The notes below the pieces were generated by a model, which was not told where the DNA came from, searched no databases, and worked only from the letters and a program-made list of their open reading frames with translations. The translations under genes were made by a program, and so were the position numbers. From contig JAUTXJ010000013.1 in assembly GCA_030838075.1 (NCBI GenBank), forward strand, positions 1 through 50,495: a stretch of DNA of 50,495 bases, written 5' to 3'. Positions 19,081 to 29,278 of this stretch are shown here, in pieces. How positions within the stretch are numbered: position 1 is the stretch's first letter; each line of letters opens with the position of its first letter. The stretch is from Acidobacteriaceae bacterium (GTDB taxonomy: Bacteria > Acidobacteriota > Terriglobia > Acidiferrales > UBA7541).

Positions 19081-20559
19081 CTAGCGTGGCGTTCCTGGCA
19101 TTTCCGCTACGGGCATGTTTATTTCTCGTACCGGGCGGTCGAGTTCACCCGGAATGGCGGGCAAGTCCAGCGGATCGGTGAGCAGGAGCCCTTGCAACGC
19201 TGCAGCTCCCATCCAGGCATTTTCGAGCGCGCCGATGTAGGCGACCTGAAGTTGGAAGAGCGTTCTTTGCGCGATGAGCACCTGGGGATAGGCTGCGGCG
19301 CCTTCATGGTATTTGTGAAGATAAAGGTCATACGCTTTTTGCGCATTTGGAAGTGTGCGGGCTTTATATCGCTCCACTACAGCGCGTGATGTCGTGTAGC
19401 TCTGCAGCACCGGCGCGGCAAGCCGGCGCAAAGTGAGTGAGACGCGCTGGACTTCAAACTGTGCGCGTTCACGATCGGCTTTTGCGGCCGTGATATTTCC
19501 CTGATTCCGGTTGAAGATGTGCAAATTCAAGCCCACCTCGGCGAAACCTTCAGAGCCAACGGCCCTCGGCGGAATGCTGCCAACATCCTCGCGATTGTTT
19601 AGATAGCCGGCGCGAACAGAAATATCGGGAATCACTTCCCTGTTAGCGCGCGTAAACGCCAGATCGGCGCGGCTTGATTCCAGTTGAGCGATTTTCACCG
19701 CGGGACTGTCACGCAGAATGGTTTCAATGGCTTCGTCGGCGTTAATTTGGGGAAGGTCTTCCAGATTGCCCTCAAGCTTTGCGAGTTCCATCGCTGGTTT
19801 ACCCACTACGGAGGTCAACACGCGCCAGGCTCGAAGCTCATCTTGCTCGGCTGCGATCACCGCCAGGTCTGCTTCGTCTGCTTCGACCTGGGCTTGCAGC
19901 AGGTCCGGCTGGTCGGCTTGGCCGACATTGAAGAGCTGCTGGGTGGTGTCCGCCGCATCTTTCGCCAGGCCACTCAACCTCTTACGCGTCTCCAGCATTT
20001 GTTGTGCGGCAAGAGACTGGTAGAAAGCGATGCGCACACCATTTTCGACGCGGAGACGCTGTTCCTCTGCCTCAGCGACAGCTTGCTTCCCTTCTTCGGA
20101 GCGTACCTTGCGGTCCAGATCCAATTTGTTGCCGAGTATCACGTTCTGCTGGATGAAAACACCGTGTTGTCCGCCGCCATAGGAGCCACCTCGAATTTCT
20201 TCTCCGATGTAGCCGACCGTTGGATTGGGCCAAAGCCCCGCCTGCTGCGTGCGGCCCTTTGCCGCGTTTACTCCCGCTTTGGCCTGTCCCAGTGTCGGGT
20301 TATTCGCCAGTGCCATCCGCTGCAGTTCTTCCAGAGTCAACCCTGAACGATTTGCGGCAGCGTCAGGGGCCTTTTGAGGCTGCTCGCTCTGAGGTGCTCC
20401 ACTTGCAAGCACAAGGCTTTGGTTATTCGTGATCGGATCGTGTGGCGGAACAAATTGTTGCGCCGGCAGCGAGGCGGTCACTAACGTCAGCGCCAAAATG
20501 AGTCGCACCGAAAAATTTCGCAAGGAATTACTTTTCATTTCCAATCTCCTGTGTGCCAT
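19081..20559 (-). CDS. TolC-family outer-membrane protein (CzcC-like)
   Basis: LTLEELQRMALANNP...AGLWPNP...IFNRNQGNI repeats; downstream of a copper oxidase. Confidence 0.9.
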   Translation of the reverse strand: MAHRRLEMKSNSLRNFSVRLILALTLVTASLPAQQFVPPHDPITNNQSLVLASGAPQSEQPQKAPDAAANRSGLTLEELQRMALANNPTLGQAKAGVNAAKGRTQQAGLWPNPTVGYIGEEIRGGSYGGGQHGVFIQQNVILGNKLDLDRKVRSEEGKQAVAEAEEQRLRVENGVRIAFYQSLAAQQMLETRKRLSGLAKDAADTTQQLFNVGQADQPDLLQAQVEADEADLAVIAAEQDELRAWRVLTSVVGKPAMELAKLEGNLEDLPQINADEAIETILRDSPAVKIAQLESSRADLAFTRANREVIPDISVRAGYLNNREDVGSIPPRAVGSEGFAEVGLNLHIFNRNQGNITAAKADRERAQFEVQRVSLTLRRLAAPVLQSYTTSRAVVERYKARTLPNAQKAYDLYLHKYHEGAAAYPQVLIAQRTLFQLQVAYIGALENAWMGAAALQGLLLTDPLDLPAIPGELDRPVREINMPVAEMPGTPR

Positions 20560-20578
20560 GTTCTAGCGACCTTAATGA

Positions 20579-22105
20579 CTACATGCCAGGCATCGTGTTA
20601 GGCGTGGTGCCGGGCTTTTCGTTTTTCTTCTGACTACGCAGCTCTTGAATGTGGTCGTACTGATCAGGTGGAAGCACCCGGAGAAGTGTCATCATGCCCA
20701 TCATGAATCCCGTCCAGCCGGGGCGCAGACCGTAAGTCTCGGGTTTCTGGACCATGTCATCCATAGCCATAACCGGACCTTCCATGTAGGCGTCCTGCGG
20801 GAAGCCGGGAACCGAATTCGCATCTTTGCTTACGTCAGCCTTATCCATATGCATCTGCATTCCCGGCATCATGGGCATATCGCCTTGAGCAGCACTGCCG
20901 TCTTTCTGGGAAAGCGGACCATTGGACGTAGCTTGCTCAAGCGTCGAGCCAACGCCCATCCCTCGTCCCATACTTGGACCGTTCGAATCGGAAGTTGCGC
21001 TGCCTGAGCGAAGCATGCCCATACCTTCTTCCATTCCCGCACCGGCAGGCATTCCGGTCCGGCGCGTCATTGGTCCTAACATTGAAGACATCTGATTCAT
21101 CATGTGGTGCGGCATGTGGCAGTGGATCATCCAGGCGCCGGGATTGTTGGCGACAAATTCCACGGTGCGAGCTTGCGCTACTCCAACAAGCACGGTGTTG
21201 TTCGGTCCCCAAGTGGCTTTCGGCTGCCGTCCGCCCTCGGTCCCGGTAATCACAAATTGGTGTCCGTGAAGATGAATGGGGTGATGGTCCATGCCGAGGT
21301 TAATCAGGCGCAGTCGCACACGATCACCGTGACGAACGATCAGCGGCGTCGAGGCCGGACCCGACTTTCCATTGAAAGTGAGCCAATTAAATTCCATGTT
21401 CATGGTGTTGGGCGTGGGGTTGTTTGGCAGCAGGGCGTATTCCTGCAGGATAATGGCGAAGTCTTTGTCGACCGGCGGGTCGTAGGCTTCCTTCGGATGC
21501 ATGATGAACGCGCCAATCATCCCGAGCATTTCCTGCATCGCCATATGCGAGTGATAAAAATAAGTGCCCTCTTGCTGCAGCGTAAATTCATAAACAAAGC
21601 GGCCTCCCGGTGAAATGGGATCTTGGGAAAGCCCGGGCCCGCCATCCATATCAAAGGGAATATCGAAGCCATGCCAGTGCATCGACGTGGGTTCCGGCAG
21701 ATGGTTATCGACGATGATGCGCACACGGTCGCCCTGCGTGACTTGAATGGTTGGACCGGGAGCGCTTCCGTTGTAGCCCCACAGATTTACGATCTTGCCC
21801 GGAAAGATTTCCTGTTTTACGGGCTCGGCGACCAGGTGAAAAACTTTGACCCCGTTGTCCATTTCAAACGGCATATCGGGCACGTCCGGCGTGAATACCG
21901 GCAAAAATCCCGCACCTGACGGTGCTATGTGTTGTGCGGATTTAGAATGCGTGCGCATCTCGCCGCTATCCGTCTTCATCCCCGGCGCCATCTGAGTTTT
22001 TTCTTGTCCACTCTCGAATGGCGTGCTCGCGGCCGCGCGTGTCGCGACGACGCCCGCACCCAGAACGACGCTGCTCTGCAAAAAGTTCCTGCGTGATCGA
22101 TCCAT
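20579..22105 (-). CDS. Tat-exported multicopper oxidase with Met-rich C-terminal tail
   Basis: SRRNFL; MHWHG, FYHSH, HPIHLHGH, HCHMPHHM; ATG at 22105 after GGAGGA. Confidence 0.92.
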   Translation of the reverse strand: MDRSRRNFLQSSVVLGAGVVATRAAASTPFESGQEKTQMAPGMKTDSGEMRTHSKSAQHIAPSGAGFLPVFTPDVPDMPFEMDNGVKVFHLVAEPVKQEIFPGKIVNLWGYNGSAPGPTIQVTQGDRVRIIVDNHLPEPTSMHWHGFDIPFDMDGGPGLSQDPISPGGRFVYEFTLQQEGTYFYHSHMAMQEMLGMIGAFIMHPKEAYDPPVDKDFAIILQEYALLPNNPTPNTMNMEFNWLTFNGKSGPASTPLIVRHGDRVRLRLINLGMDHHPIHLHGHQFVITGTEGGRQPKATWGPNNTVLVGVAQARTVEFVANNPGAWMIHCHMPHHMMNQMSSMLGPMTRRTGMPAGAGMEEGMGMLRSGSATSDSNGPSMGRGMGVGSTLEQATSNGPLSQKDGSAAQGDMPMMPGMQMHMDKADVSKDANSVPGFPQDAYMEGPVMAMDDMVQKPETYGLRPGWTGFMMGMMTLLRVLPPDQYDHIQELRSQKKNEKPGTTPNTMPGM

Positions 22106-22307
22106 AAATCCTCCAAAGATACTTGGCATTATTCTTTTGTAATTTCTGATAGTCGTAGCCTTTAGAGGCCAACTAGGTGATTTAACAAATTGGCGAACTG
22201 CGACTCCACGCCAATGCTCGCGAGTCAGTGGATGTCCAAGAAAACGCGACAATGCGCAGATCGAAATACGCTTAAATATTGCGTTGGAAATTTATTGAAG
22301 GAAAAAA

Positions 22308-22727
22308 CTAGATACGTAGAACGGAGACGCTGTTATAGAGGCTGCTACTCGATTTAATAGGCGGCGCGAGGTCAGATGCGGCCCCGTCGGCCACGTTCAA
22401 AACCAGTTCGTGGGCTTCGCTAAGTGTGATTGGCGAGACGTCCAGCTGACTGGCAACGCTCAGCTGAAATTGGGAAAGTTCGGCGGACTTCGCTAAAAAG
22501 GGCCCGGGATGCTGGTGCGGAGAGCAATCGCTATTCGCAGGTGCGTGTCCGGCAGGAGCCGAGTGATGAGTGCCCGCCTGTTCGCAGTCATGACCGGCGG
22601 TTTGCTGCACCTGGTTGGGGCAAAATCCAATCGAACAGGTAGTAGCACATACCGAAGCGTAGAACACTGCCATCGTGAAGATGGCCACGACAATTCTTGC
22701 CCAATTGTCATTTCTGTTCATAAACAT
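22308..22727 (-). CDS. Small Cys/His-rich exported protein upstream of the copper oxidase (DUF2946-like)
   Basis: Hydrophobic N-terminus, CATTCSIGFC, HDC...HH...DCSPHQH, C-terminal LAPP...VLRI. Confidence 0.55.
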   Translation of the reverse strand: MFMNRNDNWARIVVAIFTMAVFYASVCATTCSIGFCPNQVQQTAGHDCEQAGTHHSAPAGHAPANSDCSPHQHPGPFLAKSAELSQFQLSVASQLDVSPITLSEAHELVLNVADGAASDLAPPIKSSSSLYNSVSVLRI

Positions 22728-22798
22728 CTAAAGCCTACCACAATCGACGCTTGCACTATGTCGTTTGCAACTCGCGGATGCTGCACCAGGAACAGCTT

Positions 22799-23419
22799 TT
22801 ACTTACGCGATTTCGATCCCTGGGCCGGCCGCTTGGTTGAGACGGCCATCTTGCCAGACCAGCGATCCTCGGAAGAAAGATGCAAATTAAACTGGTCCAG
22901 AATGCGCAGGACAGTTTGTTCCACCAGGTCATCTATCGTCTTGGGATGATTGTAGAACGCCGGCACCGGAGGAAAAATTACTGCTCCCATTCGCGACAGT
23001 CTCAGCATATTTTCAAGGTGAATGTCGCTCAGCGGGGTTTCGCGAACGACCAGAACGAGCTTGCGGCGCTCTTTCAGAATTACGTCAGCGGCTCGATGCA
23101 CCAGCGAGTCGCCGTGCCCCTGCGCGATAGCCGCCAGCGACCTTACGCTGCACGGGCAAATCACCATTCCGTCGGTGATGAAAGAACCGCTGGATACCGC
23201 GGCGGCTTGGTCCTGCGCGCCGTAAGACTTCGTGGCCATCTCCTGCACACGAGTCACCGAGTACGGCGTTTCGTGCACGAGGGTACGCGCGCCCCAGTTG
23301 CTGATAATCAGGTGAGTTTCCACGTTATGCTGTTTTAACACCTGTAGCAGGCGCACTCCCAGAATGGTTCCGGTGGCTCCGGTAATTCCAACAATCAATC
23401 GAAAAGGACGCTTGGCCAT
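22799..23419 (-). CDS. ubiX: Flavin prenyltransferase UbiX
   Basis: VGITGATG, SSGSF, RAADVILKERRKLVLVVRETP, PPVPAFY. Confidence 0.95.
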   Translation of the reverse strand: MAKRPFRLIVGITGATGTILGVRLLQVLKQHNVETHLIISNWGARTLVHETPYSVTRVQEMATKSYGAQDQAAAVSSGSFITDGMVICPCSVRSLAAIAQGHGDSLVHRAADVILKERRKLVLVVRETPLSDIHLENMLRLSRMGAVIFPPVPAFYNHPKTIDDLVEQTVLRILDQFNLHLSSEDRWSGKMAVSTKRPAQGSKSRK

Positions 23420-23716
23420 GACGTGTTACTTCGCTCGCTTAATCCCACAAAAATACTTCCCTGCTGTCAGTATTCCCTGCGCTGGCCGATGAAAAGACTC
23501 GACGCAGAAGAACAGCGACTTGTCTTACTGTGACACAAAGAGCTACGAGAAAAACATCGCGAGCTTTGAATCGTATTTGTAGGTTATATCAACGAATACA
23601 CCGGTCGCGACGGATTACACAGCGAATAGTATCCAGATTCTTTCCATTAATCTAAATTGATTCTGCCCGCGTAGGAGAGCACCGGTGGCGGAAAGATGTT
23701 GAAGGGAGAAAAAAAC

Positions 23717-24208
23717 ATGAGCGACGTCGTTTATGTTTCCAAATCGCGTATCGAACGAAAGCAAGGACCACTCCGCATAGCCCATTTGCCGGGCGAAGCG
23801 CAGCCCGTGATTTTTAGCGTCCACGGAGCTATTGCGGAGCACTACAAGGTTGACCCCTCCAAATTGAGGGAGTCACATTCCTCGACCATCGACTACGTCA
23901 TTGCCTCCACCGCTGGCTGAATGATGGGTACATTTGGAGGTGCGCTGGAAGCGCGCCAAATCGATGCCAGCAATGGAAAACTGACGGCCGACGTTACCGG
24001 CGAAGTTGAAACCGAGGAAAATGTTCTGATTATCCGGCGAATCCATGTGGCGATGCGCTTGGTAGCGCCCGAAGACGTGAAGGCGACAGTGGAAAGGGTG
24101 CACGGCATCTACGCCATGCGCTGCCCTCTGTATCGGACTTTTCACAAGGCGCTTGAGCTCACCTCTTCATTCGAACTTGTCGCACCAGGAGCGGAAGCCA
24201 GTCTTTGA
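23717..24208 (+). CDS. OsmC/Ohr-family protein with in-frame TGA (probable selenocysteine, codon 68)
   Basis: ORFs 23696..23920 and 23921..24208 are contiguous and in frame: DYVIASTAG-TGA-MMGTFGG...RCPLY. TGA sits at the first catalytic Cys position and a hairpin follows. Confidence 0.85.
23933..23960 (+). promoter_or_regulatory. Candidate bacterial SECIS element
   Basis: TTTG/CAAA lower stem, GTGCGCT/AGCGCGC upper stem (one G-U pair), apical loop GGA; starts 12 nt after TGA 23918-23920. Confidence 0.7.
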
Positions 24209-24277
24209 AACCTTTCGGCACTCCGCGAGTCGCACTGAGAGCCGCGAGGAACGCGGAGAAGACCGGGGTAAACGGTG

Positions 24278-25762
24278 TCAGTCCGCCGCTACAAATTTAT
24301 CTTCGGAGGCGTTAGGTCTTTCCGTGCTCAGCCCCAGGGCTTTTGCAACGCCAGCGCCGTAAGCGGGATCAGCCTGAAAGAAATGCTGCACCTGCAGCTC
24401 TTGGATTCGCTGCGGAGCGTTTTTCAGACTGGCCGCGATGTTGCCGATCAAGCGTTTGCGCGCGTCAGGCGTCATGAGCCGGAATAGATTGCCCGGTTGT
24501 GTGTAATAGTCCGCGTCCAAGCGGTGACTGTGGCGGTCGACGGTGCCACTGACGGGACGAGGGCGCTCGCGGAATGCCGGGTCCTGAGTAGGACCTCCGA
24601 AACTATTTGGCTCGTAGTTCACGGACGAGCCGGAATTTCCATCGAAGCGCATCGCTCCGTCACGGTTGTAAGTATGAAATGGGCACTGCGGTTTATTGAC
24701 CGGCAGCGAATCGTAATTGACACCCAGCCGATAGCGATGCGCGTCAGGATAAGAAATTAAGCGTGCCTGCAGCATTTTGTCCGGCGAATAGCCCATGCCC
24801 GGCACAATATTCTTGGGGTCGAAAGCGGCTTGCTCCACTTCCGCAAAATAATTTTCAGGGTTGCGCTCGAGTACCAGTTCGCCCACTTCGATCAAAGGAT
24901 AGTCTCCGTGCGGCCAGACTTTTGTCAGGTCGAACGGATTGATGTGATAAGTGTCGGCATCTTTTTCGGGCATGATCTGCACGCACACGCGCCACTCCGG
25001 AAAGTCGCCATTTTTGATAGCTTCAAAAAGATCCCGCTGCGCGTAGTCAGGATCCTGGCCGCGCATGTCGTCAGCGCCTTCGCGGGTAAAATTCTTGATG
25101 CCCTGCTTGGTCTTGAAGTGCCATTTCACGTAGAACAATTCATTCTTCGCGTTGATCAAGCTAAATGTGTGACTGCTGAAGCCGTCCATGTGCCGGTAAC
25201 CATTGGGAGTGCCGCGATCGGAAAACAGGATGGTCACCTGATGGAGCGATTCAGGAGAAAGTGACCAGAAATCCCACATCATCGTCGCAGATTTGAGATT
25301 GGTTTGCGGGTCGCGCTTCTGGGTGTGGATGAAATCGCCAAATTTCAGCGGGTCGCGAATGAAAAAAACCGGCGTATTGTTCCCCACCAGGTCCCAATTT
25401 CCTTCCTCGGTATAAAACTTAAGAGCAAATCCGCGAGGATCCCGCTCGGTATCCGCAGAGCCTTTCTCGCCGCCTACGGTTGAGAATCTCAAAAAGGTTG
25501 GGGTTTTCTTTCCAGCGCTGGAAAACAGTTTGGCAGTGGTGTATTGCGTCAGCGGATTGGTGCACACAAAGTGTCCGTAAGCGCCGGAACCTTTAGCGTG
25601 CACGACGCGCTCAGGAATGCGTTCACGATTGAAGTGCGCCATTTTCTCGAACAATAAAAAATCTTCGAACACTACCGGGCCACGCGGGCCCACGGTTAAG
25701 GAATTCTGGTTGTCGCCTACCGGGCGCCCTGCGTCGGTGGTCATTCTTTTATTTTCTGACAT
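24278..25762 (-). CDS. katA: Monofunctional heme catalase
   Basis: [43 protein letters not shown]; ATG at 25762 after AAGGAG. Confidence 0.96.
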   Translation of the reverse strand: MSENKRMTTDAGRPVGDNQNSLTVGPRGPVVFEDFLLFEKMAHFNRERIPERVVHAKGSGAYGHFVCTNPLTQYTTAKLFSSAGKKTPTFLRFSTVGGEKGSADTERDPRGFALKFYTEEGNWDLVGNNTPVFFIRDPLKFGDFIHTQKRDPQTNLKSATMMWDFWSLSPESLHQVTILFSDRGTPNGYRHMDGFSSHTFSLINAKNELFYVKWHFKTKQGIKNFTREGADDMRGQDPDYAQRDLFEAIKNGDFPEWRVCVQIMPEKDADTYHINPFDLTKVWPHGDYPLIEVGELVLERNPENYFAEVEQAAFDPKNIVPGMGYSPDKMLQARLISYPDAHRYRLGVNYDSLPVNKPQCPFHTYNRDGAMRFDGNSGSSVNYEPNSFGGPTQDPAFRERPRPVSGTVDRHSHRLDADYYTQPGNLFRLMTPDARKRLIGNIAASLKNAPQRIQELQVQHFFQADPAYGAGVAKALGLSTERPNASEDKFVAAD

Positions 25763-25832
25763 TGTTACTCCTTCCGCGGACAGAGTACGGCGCGGCCACC
25801 TATACATCCAATACATTGTTCACATAGAATGG

Positions 25833-25847
25833 ATAGGCATTGCCTAT
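25833..25847. promoter_or_regulatory. OxyR/LysR box ATAG-N7-CTAT
   Basis: ATAGGCATTGCCTAT between the divergent catalase and LysR genes. Confidence 0.75.
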
Positions 25848-25858
25848 AGGACTAGTAA

Positions 25859-26764
25859 ATGGAATTTCACCAACTGCGTTATTTTTGTGCCATAGCAGAC
25901 AGCGGTGGCTTTAGCCGCGCCGCGCGTTTGACCCACGTGTCGCAGCCGTCGCTTTCGCAGCAAATTCACAAACTGGAAGAGGAGCTGGGAGCACAGCTTT
26001 TTGATCGTATCGGGCGCACCGTTCGCCTTACGGAACTGGGACGGGCCTTTCTTCCGCGCGCTAGGGCATTGTTATCTGACCTGGAAGCAGCGCGCAGCGC
26101 CGTCGCGGAAAGTAGCACATCGATCACTGGCTCAGTGTGTGTGGGCGTGATCCCTACCATCGCGCCATACTTTCTGCCTCCGTTGCTTGCTACATTTTCC
26201 CGGAGATATCCCCAAGCGCGGGTAACCGTTGTGGAAGAGATTACGCCGTTATTGCTGGAGAGAATGCGAAGCGGGGCTATAGATGTTGCAGTTGTGGCTG
26301 TGCCGCTACAAGCGCGTGGGCACGAGTTTCAGACATTCCCCTTGATCGAGGAAAAACTTTACGCAGCGCTGCCCAAGCGGCACGCGCTGGCAAAGCGCAA
26401 AAGCATTACGTTGGGAGAGCTTCACGATGAACCGTTTCTGTTGTTACGCGATGGTCATTGCTTCCGCGAGACGGCGGTAGCGGCGTGTAAGCGAGCGCGG
26501 GTCCAACCGAAGATCATTTTTGAAAGCGGTCAATTCAGCAGCATTCTCAGCATGGTGTGCGCCGGTTTGGGAGTATCGATCATTCCCGCCATGGCCCTCG
26601 AGAAACGAAATGGCTGCCAGTTCGTTCCGCTGGAGGACGGACGCGCGACGCGTGCCATCGGTGCTGTTACCCTAAACGGCCGCTCGCTCAGCCGCGTGCA
26701 GCAAGCATTCCTGACCCACCTTACTGCAAAGATCGCCAGCAAGCCTGCGCATCCCGCACAGTGA
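25859..26764 (+). CDS. oxyR: OxyR-like LysR regulator
   Basis: HVSQPSLSQQI HTH; GVIPTIAPY; LLRDGHCFRETAVAAC (two redox Cys); divergent from catalase. Confidence 0.85.
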   Translation: MEFHQLRYFCAIADSGGFSRAARLTHVSQPSLSQQIHKLEEELGAQLFDRIGRTVRLTELGRAFLPRARALLSDLEAARSAVAESSTSITGSVCVGVIPTIAPYFLPPLLATFSRRYPQARVTVVEEITPLLLERMRSGAIDVAVVAVPLQARGHEFQTFPLIEEKLYAALPKRHALAKRKSITLGELHDEPFLLLRDGHCFRETAVAACKRARVQPKIIFESGQFSSILSMVCAGLGVSIIPAMALEKRNGCQFVPLEDGRATRAIGAVTLNGRSLSRVQQAFLTHLTAKIASKPAHPAQ

Positions 26765-27517
26765 AGCCTTGGCAGCTAGGCGGCCATCGCGTGCCTTGGC
26801 GCGCTGAAACTCATGGAGGAAGCCGCGCAATTGCGCGCGCGCTTTGTGCAATTGGGATTTCGAATCACCCACCGAGCGTCCCAGGATTTTTGCAATCTCC
26901 TGATGCTTGTATCCCTGCACGTCATGTAGAACAAATATGGTGCGATAGCCGGTCGGCAAACGCTTTATACAACGCTCCAGATTGATGCGGTCAAGCGCTC
27001 CTTCCAGAATTGAATCCCGGCAACCGAGATCAATGGCCGGCGGACCGCTGGGTTCGTTCGCATCCAGTGGCTCGTCAAGCGACACAGCAGGTAGTGACTT
27101 CCTGCGTAAGCACATCAACACGCGGTTGACGGCTAAACGATGCAGCCATGTCGAGAAAGCCGATTCGCCCCGAAAAGTGTGAATTTTGCGGTACAAGAGC
27201 ATGAAGGCCTCTTGCGTCAGATCTTCGGCCTCGACCGGATCTTTTACCATGCGCACGCAAACGGCATAGACACGCCGGCTATGCAGCCGGTACAGCCGTT
27301 CGAACATGGCGTGATCGCCATTCTGAGCGCGTTTGATAACTTCTGCTTCAGTCGAATTATTTTTGCCTGTGTCAGAAATTGTCGGCGCAGACTTCCTCGA
27401 GGTCGGTTCCGCTGTGGAACGCGTGCTCCCGTTGAAGCTGCGCCGCTTTGGTATAGTGTGCGGCGCCAGCGATTGCGCTGTTGTATTCCTGCACCTGGCG
27501 TTTGCAGTAGCTTGCAT
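26672..27517 (-). CDS. ECF sigma-70 factor
   Basis: AEDLTQEAF, FRGESAFSTWLHRLAVN, GYKHQEIA...SKSQLHKAR. Confidence 0.92.
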   Translation of the reverse strand: MQATANARCRNTTAQSLAPHTIPKRRSFNGSTRSTAEPTSRKSAPTISDTGKNNSTEAEVIKRAQNGDHAMFERLYRLHSRRVYAVCVRMVKDPVEAEDLTQEAFMLLYRKIHTFRGESAFSTWLHRLAVNRVLMCLRRKSLPAVSLDEPLDANEPSGPPAIDLGCRDSILEGALDRINLERCIKRLPTGYRTIFVLHDVQGYKHQEIAKILGRSVGDSKSQLHKARAQLRGFLHEFQRAKARDGRLAAKASLCGMRRLAGDLCSKVGQECLLHAAERAAV

Positions 27518-27526
27518 GACGTTTTC

Positions 27527-28012
27527 TCAGCGACCTGAGGATTGAACAGAAATAGACATTTTGTTTTGGCTTACCTGGGTTGCGGGTTCTGTTTGTGACA
27601 GGTCCTTGTGGCGAACTTCCTTAGGCGCTGCATGTTTCTCTTTAGGAGTGTAATAACTGAATGTAACTCCTACTTCCGGCGCTTCGAAAGTCTTAATGGT
27701 ATGCACGTCGGCGATGTCCACCAGATCTAATTGCGCGCTGCTGGCTACAACTCCAGTGTCGGCTGAAAGAGCCCGGATAATAACATTGGCTTTTGGGCCG
27801 TGAATATAAAGCGTGTAGGGAGAACTCTGCGATGCCAGTTCAAAGGTGTAATCGCCGGCGGGTAGCGTGGAACCTCCCCAGTACACTTCGAATGGCAATG
27901 TGAACTTACCTTGGTAGGCAGTTATTGCGTTTCCACCACCTGCCACAATCCCCAATGCCAGCGCGGCGAAGCCTAACTTTGAAACTACTTTTAGATAACG
28001 AGCCGAACTCAT
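27527..28012 (-). CDS. Hypothetical exported beta-rich protein
   Basis: Signal peptide and GKFTLPFEVYWGGSTLPAGDY motif; ATG at 28012 after AAGGAG. Confidence 0.7.
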   Translation of the reverse strand: MSSARYLKVVSKLGFAALALGIVAGGGNAITAYQGKFTLPFEVYWGGSTLPAGDYTFELASQSSPYTLYIHGPKANVIIRALSADTGVVASSAQLDLVDIADVHTIKTFEAPEVGVTFSYYTPKEKHAAPKEVRHKDLSQTEPATQVSQNKMSISVQSSGR

Positions 28013-28074
28013 GTGAAATCTCCTTGTTCCTTCGCATTTAGATGTCAAGACATTCTCGTGTCTTCAAGATGTAA

Positions 28075-28100
28075 GACCGGATTGGTGACTGGATAATTCC
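28075..28100 (-). promoter_or_regulatory. ECF-type promoter GGAAT-N18-GTCT
   Basis: Minus strand GGAATTATCC...GGTCTTAC upstream of gene 28012; matches six other local sites. Confidence 0.6.
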
Positions 28101-28343
28101 GCGATCAGCGTTCTTTTACGCGAGAATATATTTATCAGTCGGGAACAAGTAATTTGACAAACATTTTGGGTAAAGGGATGAAGATACAAATCAGATAACG
28201 CGCCAACAATTATGAAGGACAGAAGTAGCGAATATTCGAGCGTAGTTGTATGTGTGAAGGCCCAGGTTCATACCTCGACTGCGAACTCGGGCCATCCTGC
28301 GAGGTTGTGTGTCCTAATTCGCTTCGACTAATTTAGCTCAACG

Positions 28344-29132
28344 TCACAGTCTAAAGTCTGAGTGGCGCTCGGTCGCTGGCTGATCGCGCTGTTCAGTATT
28401 TTCGTACAGCTTATAGTCGCCAAATTCTTCGGTCTTCATATCGTCTTCGCTCACCCCGGCGCTGTTGAGCAGGGTGGTCATAGCGATGACCATCGCTGAA
28501 GGTCCGGCGGTGTAGTACACCGGTCCTTTGAGTCCTACTAAATAACGCTTGAGCATTTCATGATTGATGTGGCCTTTCTCATACGGCCAGGCCATAGTTC
28601 TGTGTCCAGTAACTGTTGGAACGAAGATGAAATTGTGATTCTGACCGCCCAGATTTTCCAACTCTTCCATGAAAGCCGCGTCATTCACGTTCCGATTGGA
28701 GTAAAACAAATACAGTCTGTGTTCCAACCGTTCCTGAGCGGCATGTTGCAGAATGCTTCGAATAGGGGCAATTCCAATGCCGCCTGCAAGAAATACCGCG
28801 GGCTTGCTCGCGTCTTTGTGCAGCGTGAACGACCCCCTTGCACGACTGATCACAAACTTAGTACCAAGAGCGGCGGCCTGCAGGGCCGTTTTGAAGGTCG
28901 TCTTGCGCATACGCATGGCGATCATGATCGATTTCTTTTCTTGGGGGGAGCTTGCCAGAGAAAAGGTCCTGAAATTGTCGTTTTCGCATCCTTGTTGTGG
29001 CTGAGCAAAGACAAGGTCAACATGCTGCCCGGCTCGGAATTCAAAGTAGCCGTCCTCCGGTTCGAACCAGAAAGCCATGGTGTCCGAGGCAATTTGTTGA
29101 CGATCGGCTAGAGTCATTCGATATTCGGCCAT
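28344..29132 (-). CDS. FAD/NAD(P)H-dependent ferredoxin-reductase-like oxidoreductase
   Basis: FRAGQ, RTFSLASSP, FLAGGIGIAP, YTAGP, EEF motifs. Confidence 0.9.
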   Translation of the reverse strand: MAEYRMTLADRQQIASDTMAFWFEPEDGYFEFRAGQHVDLVFAQPQQGCENDNFRTFSLASSPQEKKSIMIAMRMRKTTFKTALQAAALGTKFVISRARGSFTLHKDASKPAVFLAGGIGIAPIRSILQHAAQERLEHRLYLFYSNRNVNDAAFMEELENLGGQNHNFIFVPTVTGHRTMAWPYEKGHINHEMLKRYLVGLKGPVYYTAGPSAMVIAMTTLLNSAGVSEDDMKTEEFGDYKLYENTEQRDQPATERHSDFRL

Positions 29133-29185
29133 GGTTTTCTTCCTTGTTTCTGCGTCCGGTTCAATATCCGGGCTTCAGCTATGTA

Positions 29186-29210
29186 GACCATCTTCAGCGA
29201 GATTTATTCC
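29186..29210 (-). promoter_or_regulatory. ECF-type promoter GGAAT-N17-GTCT
   Basis: Minus strand GGAATAAATC...GGTCTAC upstream of gene 29132. Confidence 0.65.
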
Positions 29211-29278
29211 GCTCAGGGCGACAGCGTCTATCGCTCGCGCAAGGCGCATGTAAGTGCAGGACAACCTACAATGCATCC

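Noticed and set aside
22799-23419. ubiX without a neighbouring ubiD
   Set aside because: Unlinked ubiX genes are common, and ubiD may be elsewhere in the genome.
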